DNA from: a virus
Lineage: Duplodnaviria; Caudoviricetes
IMG/VR virus record: IMGVR_UViG_3300021411_000080
Location: 1-37,717 of that record
Strand: one strand, 5' to 3'
DNA: 37,717 nucleotides
The translations under genes were made by a program, and so were the position numbers. Numbering within the stretch: position 1 is the stretch's first letter; the number at the start of each line of letters is the position of its first letter. Under the pieces are notes generated by a model, which was not told the DNA's origin, did not search any database, and worked only from the letters and a program-made list of their open reading frames with translations. Of the stretch, positions 14,588 to 24,878 are shown piece by piece.

Positions 14588-16618
14588 CTATCCCTGAGCG
14601 GCGGATTGGCGGTAGCAGACGAGCACTTGGGCCTGTGCCTGGCCGATCGGCGTCGACATCGAGTTAATCTTGAACGTGCCCTGAATGATCTTCTGGCCGT
14701 TGAATGTCCGGGCCACCGTGATCACGTCGTTGGGCTCGAGAGCCGGATTTGGCACCATCGTGATCTCGACGGTCTCCGACGCGCCCTTGACTACCAGCAG
14801 CAACGCATCGGCGGCCTGCTGCGCCTGCTCCGGCGTCGTGATCATGGCGCTGATGAAGGTGGTGGTCACGATGTTGTACGGGCCGAGGTAGTACGTCGGC
14901 GAGCTCGGGTCCGCGTCAAACGCGACCGCCGAAACCGGCACCTCGTTAGACGTCGACTCACCGGACACGACCACGTAGTTGTAGGTCGTCGAGTCCGAGA
15001 TCGACCGGGTGTAGGACACCATCACCGGGTTCGCGGCGTCGGACACCGTCCACACCGACGGGGTCAGCGCCGGGTCGGCAACCGGCTTGACCTTGAACGT
15101 GCCGACCGAGTCGAAGTACGCCCGGGACCCGATCGCGGTGCCCATGTCCTGGATGTCCTGCCACGCGTCCGCGCCCTGGCTGGTGCCGAACAGCAGCCGC
15201 TCCGCCGTCACCTCAGTGGAGGCCACATCCGAAGTGATGCCCGGTAGCCGGTTCTGCGCGATCTCCAGCATCGCGGTGGCGTAGTTGGTGTTCGACGGCA
15301 CGTAGAAGATGCTGGTCCAGGCGTTCCGGGAGATCGCATAGGACAGGTCGATGCCGGACACGACCAGCGACAGGCCACCGCCGACGGAGCTGCCACCGGT
15401 ACCGGTGACACCGTTTCCGCCGCCGCCGCCGCCCGTACCGCCGCCGGTGGGGCCGCCGGTCTCGGTGACGTCCACCTGCGTGATCAGGAAGGTGCCGAGG
15501 GCGACGAGTTCGTTGTAGGAAGTGTCCTCAGCGACGTCGGTTCGCAGCGTCATGAAGAACGGACTGGCGTCGGTAGCCAGCAGCCGTGTCATGGTGGCCC
15601 GGGTCAGCACTACCGGCGTAGTCGTATCTCCCCGCAGCAGCCCCGGCACAGCCCCGCCGTTGATAGCGGTCTGCCAGCTCGCGCCGCCGTCCAGGCTCGT
15701 CTCCACCAGCACCGCCGAGCCAGCGGCCGGGGTGGACGCCGACCAGCTGACCCGCGAAACGCTGACCGGGTTGTTGGTCAGCAGCACGGGCGGCCGGATC
15801 GACACCGCCTGCAGCGGGTTGTAGACCTCGAGCGCGATGTCGACTTCTTGCGCGGGGGTGATGACGTTGGTGGCCGTCGTCGCCAGCGCCGATGTGACCG
15901 CTACGCCGGCGTCGGTTTCGGCCGCGGCGGTCAGCGTTGAAGCGATGTCCGGGTTCTGGATCAGCAGCAGCGGCGCGGTCGCGTACTGATACACGGTGCC
16001 CGCCGGCAACACCGCCGAGGTGACCGTCCCCGAGGAACCTGAGGAGCTAAAGCCCTTGCCGATCAGCTGGACGAAGTAGTTGCCGCCGCTCCCGTTCGGG
16101 TTGTCCAGGTTAGCCGAGCCCAGGGTGGTCCAGCCAGCCGGCGGGGTGACTGATGTGATCGGGATCGAAGCGCTCGAGGCGTAGTTGAAACAGATCAGGG
16201 AGCTATTGGCGGCAACCGTCGTGGAGGGATCGACGATCGAAGAGCCAGACCCCCCGGCGGCGGAGAATGCCAGGGGTGACGTGAAGGACTGCCCGACATT
16301 CGGGTTCCGGACAGTGTAGGCCGCGTAGGCGGCCTCGGTGGTGGCCGCACTGAAGGTCAGCACACTGTCTGACGCCGGGGCACCGGTGAAGACCTTCGTG
16401 AAGATGAAGTACTTCGCGCCCGAAGGGGCGCTAGGACCAGAAACACTGGTGAAGCCCGGGAACGAGCTAGCCGTCATGGAGCCGATCGCCCACACCATGC
16501 AGACGCGCATGTCGCCGGGTTCGTAGTCGGAACCGACCGTCAGCGGGATGGTGCTGAACGCGACGGAGTCTGCGAAGATGTTGATTTCTTGGTCGAGGAA
16601 CTGAAGGGGGTACGGCAT
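14588..16618 (-). CDS. Minor tail protein: N-terminal beta domains + C-terminal part of baseplate hub (DUF5047-like) (676 aa)
   Basis: ELVALGTFLI..., YFDSVGTF, YNYVVVSGE, D.DPSSPTYYLGPY, PNPALEPNDVITV. Confidence 0.8.
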   Translation of the reverse strand: MPYPLQFLDQEINIFADSVAFSTIPLTVGSDYEPGDMRVCMVWAIGSMTASSFPGFTSVSGPSAPSGAKYFIFTKVFTGAPASDSVLTFSAATTEAAYAAYTVRNPNVGQSFTSPLAFSAAGGSGSSIVDPSTTVAANSSLICFNYASSASIPITSVTPPAGWTTLGSANLDNPNGSGGNYFVQLIGKGFSSSGSSGTVTSAVLPAGTVYQYATAPLLLIQNPDIASTLTAAAETDAGVAVTSALATTATNVITPAQEVDIALEVYNPLQAVSIRPPVLLTNNPVSVSRVSWSASTPAAGSAVLVETSLDGGASWQTAINGGAVPGLLRGDTTTPVVLTRATMTRLLATDASPFFMTLRTDVAEDTSYNELVALGTFLITQVDVTETGGPTGGGTGGGGGGNGVTGTGGSSVGGGLSLVVSGIDLSYAISRNAWTSIFYVPSNTNYATAMLEIAQNRLPGITSDVASTEVTAERLLFGTSQGADAWQDIQDMGTAIGSRAYFDSVGTFKVKPVADPALTPSVWTVSDAANPVMVSYTRSISDSTTYNYVVVSGESTSNEVPVSAVAFDADPSSPTYYLGPYNIVTTTFISAMITTPEQAQQAADALLLVVKGASETVEITMVPNPALEPNDVITVARTFNGQKIIQGTFKINSMSTPIGQAQAQVLVCYRQSAAQG

Positions 16619-16622
16619 CGGC

Positions 16623-17078
16623 CTAGTTCGCCGTAGCTACCGCGACACCGGAACTGATGGTCACGTTGTAATCGGATCCGTTGGTAGTCACCGAAATGTC
16701 GCAGCTGAACAGCGGGATTGTCTGCGCGTCCGTGGCTCCCGAGGTGGCCTGGTAGCAGATCAGAAGCTTGGACAGGGCCTGTGCGGAGCCGAGGGCGAGC
16801 CAGCTAAGGTTGGCAATCGACACCGTGTTCTTGTGGTTCGTCGTGTCCGGCGTGATGGTGATTCCCGAGGTGACGAACTTGCGGGCGTAGTTGGCTACGG
16901 TGGGCTCAAGGTTCGCGGTGGCCAGGACGTTCGCCAGAGTGTTGTAGTTACGCACCGTGGCGTCACCCTGATAGCCCGAGGACTGCAGTAGCACAATGGC
17001 AAGCCGGTCAGTACCCAATGGCAGATCGCAGTACCGGATCCCGCGCCCAGCCGCGATCGTGAATACGAAGTTCGCCAC
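16623..17078 (-). CDS. Minor tail protein (151 aa)
   Basis: MANFVF.IA.GR...LP...D.L..VLL...DAT..NY.TLA.VLA...E....NYARK pattern seen in actinophage virion proteins. Confidence 0.7.
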   Translation of the reverse strand: MANFVFTIAAGRGIRYCDLPLGTDRLAIVLLQSSGYQGDATVRNYNTLANVLATANLEPTVANYARKFVTSGITITPDTTNHKNTVSIANLSWLALGSAQALSKLLICYQATSGATDAQTIPLFSCDISVTTNGSDYNVTISSGVAVATAN

Positions 17079-17081
17079 GGG

Positions 17082-17462
17082 TCAGGGTCCAATCCGGAGA
17101 TAGCCAGTAGTCGCGTCGGCGACCGCGCCGATGTTCGTGCCTTGGGCGAATCCGCCGTTGGCGCCGGTGTCGAGCTGCGTGATGGTCTGCGATCCGGGGA
17201 TGCGCACACCGCGCTTGACGATCATGCGCGTGCCGAACGGGGCGAGGATCGAAGCCATATCGACCGGGGTGAGCGTGCCGGTCGGGTCGGCGACCGAGAT
17301 CGTGCACGACGTCATCTGCGCGGCGGTAGCGTCCGAGGTGACCTGCCCGTCGAACGCCTCGAGCTGCAGGACAACTTTGCCGTTCTGGATGATGTCGACT
17401 TCCGAAACAGACTCGTGTGTGGTCTGCACGAGTTGTTGGAATGTGTCGGAGGTGCCTTGCAC
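17082..17462 (-). CDS. N-terminal fragment of baseplate hub (DUF5047-like) (126 aa)
   Basis: S.TF...V..TH.....VD...DGQVT.D.TA....SCTISVADP...LAPFGTR..VKRGV; GGAGG RBS. Confidence 0.7.
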   Translation of the reverse strand: MQGTSDTFQQLVQTTHESVSEVDIIQNGKVVLQLEAFDGQVTSDATAAQMTSCTISVADPTGTLTPVDMASILAPFGTRMIVKRGVRIPGSQTITQLDTGANGGFAQGTNIGAVADATTGYLRIGP

Positions 17463-17471
17463 AATTGCCTC

Positions 17472-19133
17472 CTAGGAAGTGATGATCGGGGTATCCACTT
17501 CCGTTATGGAAATTGTCATGATCCGGTACTTCGTTTTCGTGCCGGACGGATGCAAGTCCCATATGTACTGAGCGTCAGAACCGACAGCGCCGGGGCCGAA
17601 CGAGACGTAGTGCTGCCGCCCGGTCGGGTACTGCAGCAGTAGAATCTGGTTCTGCTCGTCGATCGCCTCGAACGCGGAGAACGCACCAGCGAAACGCCCC
17701 TCGTCAAACCCCAAGGTCAACGTAGCGTTGCGCCCGTAGTACGAGCCCATCACCTTGACCTGGTTCACGTGGTTCTGCCCGACCGGCGGCTGCCCGATCA
17801 CGTCGAAGGTGCCTTCTGAGCGCCGCTTCGTAACCTGCTCGCCGAGGTAGGCCACCGGCAGCTTGCAGTTGAGCAGCGGGTTGAACGGGTTGACCAGGTA
17901 GAACCCGTTGCGGCTCGGGGTGACGTCGATGGTGTTCGAGTACGCCGCCGCCGGCGTGGCGACCCCCGCGACCGTGTCGTAGGCCAGCACCCGGTACCGG
18001 GACGCGACGTTCGACGGTGCTTCGTAGTCGTAGGCGGTGATCGTCGACATGCCCGACGCCGCGACCAGCGCGTAGTTCCGCACCGGACCCCACACCTGGT
18101 GCGCGGCGTCGCGGGACACCTGGAACGCGAACAGTGTCGTGACCGGGCTCGAGCTGGACGGGACGGTGTCCAGTTGCACCCGGTTGTTGGCGCTGTCGTA
18201 GAACGCGTCTACCAGCGTGGCGACCGGCGCACCGGACATGCCTTGGGTCCAGGTGGTCGACGCGGCGGCGGAGGTGAAGCTGCCGAAGCCAGCCCAGGAC
18301 TGCTGCACCTGCACATACGCCGACCAGGACCCGTTGGTCAGGTCCACGTCGGCGGTCCACTGCTGGACCTCCGAGAAGATCCAGCCCTGCGTCGAATCCG
18401 TGGGAGTGGACACGAACGGGACGAACCCGAGCGCGGCTACCTGCGCGGCGGAGTAGATCGCCACCTGGAACGCCTGCTGCGCGTCGGACTGGGTGTTGGA
18501 GTACACCCAGGTCACGGTCGGTCGGCAGGTGGTGGTGACGGTACCGGTCGGGCCGGTGACGCTGACCGTGGACTGCACGGAGTACGTGACGTTCAGATAC
18601 AGCTCGGAGATCCGGGAGGCGTTGCCCGCCAGATCGTCACGGCCAACCGCGACCGAGAAGTTGGTGAACGACGCCAGCGACCACGGATTGCCGTTCGGGT
18701 CGGTCATCTGCGTTGGCAAGTTCTGGATCGTGTAGCTGGCCGTCACCGGCTGCTGCGGGACCATCCAGCCGAACAGGAACTCCAGGATGCCCAGCACGAT
18801 GGTCGTGACGATGTTCTGCGAGCGGTTGCACCGGAACCATCCGCAGTGCACCGGCTGCGGCGCCGGCGTCACGGTCTGCAGCACCCGGACCTGCGCGCCG
18901 ACGGAGAAGATCTGCGCACCGGCCGGCAGCGTCGGCGCGGAGAACCCCACCTCCACCCGCGAAGAGGGCGTACGGCACCGGCTGGTGAACTGGACGTAGC
19001 TGGTGTCTACGTTGTCCGACCACGCCGTGTGGATGTTCGCCGCGCCAACCAGCGTGATGCCGCCGCTGACGCCTTGAACGTCAGTGGCCGGCCGCAGCAC
19101 CGTGGTCTGATAGCTGGGAGGCGGTGAGGTCAT
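17472..19133 (-). CDS. Minor tail protein (distal-tail-like) (553 aa)
   Basis: Directly after tape measure (ATGA); Ig/FN3-like segments, YDYEAP..V..RYRV, C-terminal LLLQYPTGRQHYV. Confidence 0.75.
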   Translation of the reverse strand: MTSPPPSYQTTVLRPATDVQGVSGGITLVGAANIHTAWSDNVDTSYVQFTSRCRTPSSRVEVGFSAPTLPAGAQIFSVGAQVRVLQTVTPAPQPVHCGWFRCNRSQNIVTTIVLGILEFLFGWMVPQQPVTASYTIQNLPTQMTDPNGNPWSLASFTNFSVAVGRDDLAGNASRISELYLNVTYSVQSTVSVTGPTGTVTTTCRPTVTWVYSNTQSDAQQAFQVAIYSAAQVAALGFVPFVSTPTDSTQGWIFSEVQQWTADVDLTNGSWSAYVQVQQSWAGFGSFTSAAASTTWTQGMSGAPVATLVDAFYDSANNRVQLDTVPSSSSPVTTLFAFQVSRDAAHQVWGPVRNYALVAASGMSTITAYDYEAPSNVASRYRVLAYDTVAGVATPAAAYSNTIDVTPSRNGFYLVNPFNPLLNCKLPVAYLGEQVTKRRSEGTFDVIGQPPVGQNHVNQVKVMGSYYGRNATLTLGFDEGRFAGAFSAFEAIDEQNQILLLQYPTGRQHYVSFGPGAVGSDAQYIWDLHPSGTKTKYRIMTISITEVDTPIITS

Positions 19134-22100
19134 CGCTTCTGCCGCCCGATCGCCGCCGTGAGCTGCTGGTTGTTCTTCTTGATCTCATAGCGGATCTTCT
19201 GCTCGACGCCGTCGATGTAGCAGTGCACGTGGGTGTCGCCCCCACCGCCACCAGCGCTGCCCTGAGCCGACGCGGCCGGCAGCGTGATCGGCGCGGTGCC
19301 GGCGTTGAACGACGCACCCGACCCGGCCTGCCCGAGCAGGCCCATCTTCCCGAGCACCGCGTTAGCCTCAGCGTTCGCCGCCGACGCCAACCCCGCTGAG
19401 GTGAGGCTCGTGATGTTCAGCGCCGACTTGATCCCGTTGGCGAGGTTGGTGCCGTACACCGTGCCGGCGGCCGTACCGGCCACGGCCATGGTGCTGGTGA
19501 CGGCCCCGGCCACCGTGGCGGCCGAGTTCTGGGCGCTCTTCACGGTGCCGCCGAGGAAGTTCGAGAACCCGACCCCGAAGCCGGACATCAGCCCCTCGCC
19601 GGCCTCGATGCCGTACAGCGACGGAGACGCGACCTTGGCGCCCTTCTTGACCGCCTTGCCGACCGCCTCACCGGCCTTCTCGCCGGCGTCCTCGGCCGGC
19701 GGGGTCCCAGTCTTGATGCCGCCCGCCATGCCCTGCATCAGGCCAGCACCGGCAGGCGGGCCGGCAGACGACGCCGCCTTGTGGGCCGCTTGACCCGCCT
19801 GCTGGGCGGCCGACGAGGCCGCACCGGCGGCGGCCGGCGCGCCCTGGCCGATGCCGCCGGCCATGCCTTTCATCAGTGCCGCGCCGGCCGAGGAGAACGC
19901 CGGGGCGCCCGCCTTGACCGCGTTCGACGCCTGGGAGACGCCCTGTGTCACAGCGGCGATGACGCCGCCCATGCCGCCCTTGACGGCGCTCTGCATGCCG
20001 GTCATACCCGACTTCATGGCACCGGCCATCTTCGAAGCGCCCTGCTGCACCCCAGTCGCCGCGCCGGCCATGCCAGACTTCACCGAGCCCTGAATGCTCG
20101 ACATCGAGCTCTTCATCGAAGAGCTCATCTGGTTGGCGGCCTTGGAGACGTTGTTCGCTGCCTGACCGATCTGACCGGTGCTCTTCAGCACGTCGCCGAA
20201 GCCCTTGGTGGCGTCCATGCCCAGTTGCTTCAGCCCGGCGCCGGCGTTGTGCAGCGCCGTCCCGAGGGTCTGGCCCAGGGCCTTGGCCACCGAGCCGGCC
20301 ATGGACCCGGCGCTCTTGGCCAGCGCCCCCATCGCGGCACCGCCCTGGCTGGCCATCTGGCCAAACATGCCGCCGACCTTCTTGATCGAGTCGCCCATGT
20401 TGCTGAACGCGGACGCGACCTTGCCGGCGACCTTGCCAACCTCAGAGGCGACCTTGCCCATGGCGCTCACCGCCGCGCCGGCGGCGCCGCCCATGGCCTT
20501 GCCCATGGCCTGGGCCTTCTCTCCCAGCGACTGCAGGGCGTTGCCGGCGGGGGCCGCCGCGGCCGGAGTCTGCGCCATGGCGTGGTTGTTGGACTGGTTC
20601 TCCCGGTCCGCCTCAGCAATCGACTTGGCGTCCTGCTCGGCAGCCTTGGCGTGCTGCAGCTCGGCTTGGGCCGCCTTTTGCGCTTCGACCGAGCCGGACG
20701 CCATCGCTTTGTTCAGGTCGTGCTGAGCGTTGGCTACCTGGTCTTCGCGCGTCTTAAGTTGCCCCAGGTCCTTCTCCAGGCCCTGAGAGGAGTTGCCGAG
20801 CTGGTCGAAGCCGCCGGCACCCTGCTGCGCGCTCTTGCCGGCCTGCGACGCGGCTTGCCCGGCGAGCTGCGAACCAGCCGCCGCGCCGATCATCGCGCCT
20901 TGCACCGCGCCGGTGGCCTTGGTCAGGTTGTTGGCGGCGCCGGCGGCGCCGTTCATGCCCTGCTGGGCACCACCGGCGGCCTGGTCCAGGCCCTTGGCCG
21001 CTTGACCGGCACCGGCCATGCCGCCGCCGGCGCCTCCACCCCCCGCGCCACCTCCGCCGCCCATAGCCTTGCCCAGGGCACCACCAGCGGCGGCCGCCGC
21101 CTGCGCCGCCTGCGCGACCTTCATTAGCGCCGCCGCCAGGTCGTTCGCGGCCTTGGTCGCCAAGTTCATATCGGCGGTCAGGATCTTGATGTCCGCGTCT
21201 AGATCCTTGACGCCCTTGTCCGCCGCGGTGAGGTCGGTGAGGAGGTCCTTCAGGGCCTTATCGAGCGCGGCAACGGCCTTGTCGAGTAGCCCCAGGTCGC
21301 CGGTGAGATCCTTGACGTCCTTGTCCCAGGCCTTGGTGTCGGCGTCGATCTTGAGCAGGTCCTTGTCGAGCTGCTGCAAGTCCTTGTCGAGGTTCTTGAT
21401 CGCGGTGTCAAGAAGGGCGAGATCCTTGTTCAGCGTGGTGGTGCTGGCCGTGAGGGTCTTCATGTCCGCGGTGGTCGTGGACAGATCCTTGTTGAGGTCA
21501 GTCAGCGCGGTGTTCGCATCGGCGGCGGACTGCTTGAGCGTGTCGAGCTGCGTCGCGGACGTGGCCGAGTTATCGCCCAGGGTCTGCACCGGGGGCGCCA
21601 CGTTCTGCGCGCCCTGCTGCAGACCCTGCAGCAGGGGGGTGGCGTCCTGCGCGTTCGAGCCCAATGTCTTGACGTGTGGATGCGCGCCCTGGGCGGTCTT
21701 GCCTAGATCCTGCACGGGCGGCGCGGCTTGTTTCGCGGCGTCTCCCAAGCTCTTTACGGGCGGGGCGGCGCCGGCTGCGGCTGCGCCCGCGTCCTGCAGC
21801 GCCTTGGCTGCGTTGTCGGCCGGTGGCACCGTGCCCGTCATGGAGTCGGCCATGTCCTGGGCGTTGCCACCGAGGGTCTTGACCGATGACGCGGCGGCGT
21901 CGGCCGGCTTGCTGACCAGGCCCAACGCCGAGCCGATGGCGTCGAGCAACGGCTTCAGCGGCGCCAGCACCGGGCCAAGAAGCCCCACGGTCTTAACGAA
22001 CCCGCCGATGATGTCGGCAACAACGGCGATGGCTTTGCCGATAGCGACAAAGCCCGTGACCATCCAGGAGAACACCTCGCCCAGGAAGGTGAAGACCTGG

Positions 22101-24097
22101 ATCACGGCCTTGATCGCCGAGGTGATCTCCGGACCGTCCGTTTTGATCGTGTCGGCCAGGCTCTGGAACGCCGGCCCGCACTGCGCGAGCGCGTTCATGA
22201 AGTCGGTACCCAGGTCGGTGATGATCGAGATGACCGACTTGAGCTCGCTACCGATCGCCGACGACGCACCAGACACCGACCCGGAGAACTTGTTGATCTG
22301 GGCCGTGCTGTCACCGACGGCCTTCATGACCGCCACACCAAGATCGGTGAAAGCACTGATCGCGGGGCGCATGGCCGGCTCGACGTCGGAGGCCATGACC
22401 CGGAAGGCATCGGTCAGCCGGCCCATGTCTTGGATCAACGGGGTGATCTGCCGGGCGCCGATGCTGATCAGCTCCGCGCCCAGGGCGCCCAGCTTGCCGA
22501 TCAGGGCTTCGGCCGCCGGTACCGCCGAGTCCCACGCGCCGGAGACCTGGTGGAACGCGGTCGCCATCTGCTGGACCGCGCCGATCGCGGCACCGAGCAG
22601 ACCCGGGAGGGCTTTGAAGAACTGGGCGAACTGGGGTGCCAAGGTCTGGGTGATCGAGTTGAACCCATTGGCCAGTACCTTCAGCGACGCGACAATCGCG
22701 GGGATGGCCTGCTGCGCCACACCAGCGATCGTCTGGAACGCCTGCACTAGCGGCGGCGTGATGTCCTTGATCGCGGCCTTCACCGCGTTAGCAATGTTGA
22801 CCAAGACCTGCTCGAAGGGCTTCGCCACATCGTTGATCAGTCCGCGAGCGGCCTTCGCCAGGTCGGTGAACGACGTCGTGACCTTCTTCGACCCCGACTC
22901 AGCCGCGATCACGAGCCCTGTGATGGCCGCTCCGGCGAGGAGCATGGCTCCACCGAACCCGGCAAAGGCCGCGACCGCGACCACACCCAAGGCCGCTATG
23001 GCGGCCATTAGGACGCCCGCCGCGATCGCGGCTATGCCGGCGGCAACGGCCATGGCGACGAATGACACGGCTACAGCGGCGGCGGCGGCGCCTCCCGCCT
23101 GCAACGCCGCCGCGACGCCCGCGCCAACTGCTTGTGCGGCGGTTTCCAGGGCCGCGAAGCCATTCTCGATGTCCTGGATGGCACCGGCCATGACGCTGAA
23201 TCCCTGCTCAGCATCGTCGAGCCCCTGCACAAACGCCTTGAACGATTCCTCGGCGGTCGTGAATCCTTGGGCCAAGGTGGTAACCGACGTTTCGGCGGCG
23301 TTCAGGCCGCCTTCCATGGCGGTCAGGCCAGCGCTTACTGACCCGGCGTACTGCATCACCGAGTCGAAACCTTGCGCTAGCGCGGTAGCACCGACTTCCA
23401 GGCCGGTAAGCCCGGCGCTAACCGCCGCCGCGGACTGCTCCATGGCGTTGAAACCGCCCACGACAGTGGACGTCTCCTGAGCCAGCGCCTGGACGCTGAC
23501 CTCAGCCGCGTCGAACCCCGAAGCGACACCTTCGGCCGCTTTCGCGGCTGCGTCGAGGCCGTTGGGGATGGAGTCAAACGCCGATACGGCGCCCTCGGCT
23601 GATTTAGCCATCGCGTCGAGCCCATTCGGGATGGCGTCGAACGCGGACGCAGCGCCATCAGCCGACTTGGCGGCGGCGTCCAGCCCGTTGGGGATGGAGT
23701 CGAACGCTGAAGATGCCCCTTCAGCATCCTGAGCCGCTGAATCAATACTGGCCGCGACACCGTCGAACGAATCGCCCGCGCCATTGGCGGCCTTCGACGC
23801 CGCATCGAAATCCTGAGAGAGGGCATCGATGTCGTTCGCCGTCGCGTCCGCGACAGCGCCCGCTTCTTGCATCTGGCTGGAATCAACGTTCAGCTTGATG
23901 TTGTCGCCACTGACGGCGTCGGCCTCGGCCTTGAGGGCGGCAAGCTCCGTTTCGGCCGCGGCCACGCCATCGGTGTTGACGTTCAGGGTGACGGTTTCAT
24001 TGGAAAAACTCGCGATAGCGGCCTTGACCTCCGCGATGGCGTCAAGGGCCTGCTGAGCCTCCGCCAAGATCCGAATAGTCAAGTCCGATGACGCCAT
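19130..24097 (-). CDS. Tape measure protein (1655 aa)
   Basis: Longest ORF, after tail assembly chaperones; Ala/Gly-rich helical repeats, hydrophobic segment, C-terminal VASPS motif. Confidence 0.95.
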   Translation of the reverse strand: MASSDLTIRILAEAQQALDAIAEVKAAIASFSNETVTLNVNTDGVAAAETELAALKAEADAVSGDNIKLNVDSSQMQEAGAVADATANDIDALSQDFDAASKAANGAGDSFDGVAASIDSAAQDAEGASSAFDSIPNGLDAAAKSADGAASAFDAIPNGLDAMAKSAEGAVSAFDSIPNGLDAAAKAAEGVASGFDAAEVSVQALAQETSTVVGGFNAMEQSAAAVSAGLTGLEVGATALAQGFDSVMQYAGSVSAGLTAMEGGLNAAETSVTTLAQGFTTAEESFKAFVQGLDDAEQGFSVMAGAIQDIENGFAALETAAQAVGAGVAAALQAGGAAAAAVAVSFVAMAVAAGIAAIAAGVLMAAIAALGVVAVAAFAGFGGAMLLAGAAITGLVIAAESGSKKVTTSFTDLAKAARGLINDVAKPFEQVLVNIANAVKAAIKDITPPLVQAFQTIAGVAQQAIPAIVASLKVLANGFNSITQTLAPQFAQFFKALPGLLGAAIGAVQQMATAFHQVSGAWDSAVPAAEALIGKLGALGAELISIGARQITPLIQDMGRLTDAFRVMASDVEPAMRPAISAFTDLGVAVMKAVGDSTAQINKFSGSVSGASSAIGSELKSVISIITDLGTDFMNALAQCGPAFQSLADTIKTDGPEITSAIKAVIQVFTFLGEVFSWMVTGFVAIGKAIAVVADIIGGFVKTVGLLGPVLAPLKPLLDAIGSALGLVSKPADAAASSVKTLGGNAQDMADSMTGTVPPADNAAKALQDAGAAAAGAAPPVKSLGDAAKQAAPPVQDLGKTAQGAHPHVKTLGSNAQDATPLLQGLQQGAQNVAPPVQTLGDNSATSATQLDTLKQSAADANTALTDLNKDLSTTTADMKTLTASTTTLNKDLALLDTAIKNLDKDLQQLDKDLLKIDADTKAWDKDVKDLTGDLGLLDKAVAALDKALKDLLTDLTAADKGVKDLDADIKILTADMNLATKAANDLAAALMKVAQAAQAAAAAGGALGKAMGGGGGAGGGGAGGGMAGAGQAAKGLDQAAGGAQQGMNGAAGAANNLTKATGAVQGAMIGAAAGSQLAGQAASQAGKSAQQGAGGFDQLGNSSQGLEKDLGQLKTREDQVANAQHDLNKAMASGSVEAQKAAQAELQHAKAAEQDAKSIAEADRENQSNNHAMAQTPAAAAPAGNALQSLGEKAQAMGKAMGGAAGAAVSAMGKVASEVGKVAGKVASAFSNMGDSIKKVGGMFGQMASQGGAAMGALAKSAGSMAGSVAKALGQTLGTALHNAGAGLKQLGMDATKGFGDVLKSTGQIGQAANNVSKAANQMSSSMKSSMSSIQGSVKSGMAGAATGVQQGASKMAGAMKSGMTGMQSAVKGGMGGVIAAVTQGVSQASNAVKAGAPAFSSAGAALMKGMAGGIGQGAPAAAGAASSAAQQAGQAAHKAASSAGPPAGAGLMQGMAGGIKTGTPPAEDAGEKAGEAVGKAVKKGAKVASPSLYGIEAGEGLMSGFGVGFSNFLGGTVKSAQNSAATVAGAVTSTMAVAGTAAGTVYGTNLANGIKSALNITSLTSAGLASAANAEANAVLGKMGLLGQAGSGASFNAGTAPITLPAASAQGSAGGGGGDTHVHCYIDGVEQKIRYEIKKNNQQLTAAIGRQKR
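23510..23740. repeat. 63-bp (21-aa) imperfect tandem repeat in tape measure
   Basis: AEGASSAFDSIPNGLDAAAKS-like unit, ~3.5 copies. Confidence 0.8.
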
Positions 24098-24100
24098 CGT

Positions 24101-24475
24101 TCACCCCAATTCCGAACTCGAATGAATCTGGTCAGGCGAGAAATTGCCGAAGAACGACGGGTCAAACCAGACCTCGGGTTCGCCCAGCTCCCCATCGGCT
24201 CGTTCCTCGTCCGGCTGCTCGCCGTACTTGATCAGGAACTGGTCGAGGGTGAGTTCCGTGCCCTTCTCGACGTGCGGGGCGACGGCGTTCAGCGCGATCA
24301 GGGCCGCGTTGTAGTCGTCACGCTTTGCCCCGATGGGCCCTTCGATCCGCTCGAAGGCATACAGCAAGCGGAGTTCCTTGGCTCCTACTCGGCGGCCGAA
24401 CTCACTAGGGAGGCAACCGAAGGCGATGGCGAGTCGGATGAAAGCTCGGAGGTCCGCTCGCCCTCGGAGTTTCCC
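24101..24475 (-). CDS. Tail assembly chaperone -1 frameshift extension (gpGT-like)
   Basis: -1 frame after G GGA AAC reads KLRGRADLRAFIRLAIAFGCLPSEFGRRVGAKELRLLYAFERIEGPIG. Confidence 0.85.
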   Translation of the reverse strand, partial: GKLRGRADLRAFIRLAIAFGCLPSEFGRRVGAKELRLLYAFERIEGPIGAKRDDYNAALIALNAVAPHVEKGTELTLDQFLIKYGEQPDEERADGELGEPEVWFDPSFFGNFSPDQIHSSSELG

Positions 24476-24858
24476 TCGATGGTGGCGTCGTCTTCCTCTT
24501 CACCGTTGAGTTCGCGCATGTGCTTGGCCAGGAACTCGACGATGCTCGCCGGCCACTTCTTGAGCAGCTTGATGCCGGTGTCGGTGTTCGGGTACATGCG
24601 GCTGCCGTCTTGGCGGCGCATTCCGATGGCGAGAAGCCGAAGGTTGACCTCCTCCATCGACAGCTCGATCTTCGTGCCGTTGATCTTGTACATCGGCTTG
24701 CGGTGCTCGTTCAGCTCGCCACCATCGAACTCGCGCAGCAGGACGGTGCGCTTCAGCTTCGGAACCGCCACGGCTCGCTCTTCGAGTTCCGGGGTGACCT
24801 CGGTGTGCGAATCGAGGACCGGGTAGTTCTCTTCGGTTTCAGAGCTCACAACGATCAT
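24385..24858 (-). CDS. Tail assembly chaperone (gpG-like, 157 aa; GTG 24849 alternative start)
   Basis: Position before tape measure; contains slippery site near the 3' end. Confidence 0.85.
   Translation of the reverse strand: MIVVSSETEENYPVLDSHTEVTPELEERAVAVPKLKRTVLLREFDGGELNEHRKPMYKINGTKIELSMEEVNLRLLAIGMRRQDGSRMYPNTDTGIKLLKKWPASIVEFLAKHMRELNGEEEDDATIEGNSEGERTSELSSDSPSPSVASLVSSAAE
24469..24475 (-). other. -1 programmed frameshift slippery site GGGAAAC
   Basis: X XXY YYZ in frame (GAG GGA AAC); open -1 frame to 24101. Confidence 0.85.
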
Positions 24859-24878
24859 CTCCTGTTTTGTGGTGCGGG

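Noticed and set aside
21018-23480. 820-aa plus-strand ORF (also 19781..21127)
   Set aside because: Antisense shadow of the GC-rich tape measure gene; no motifs.
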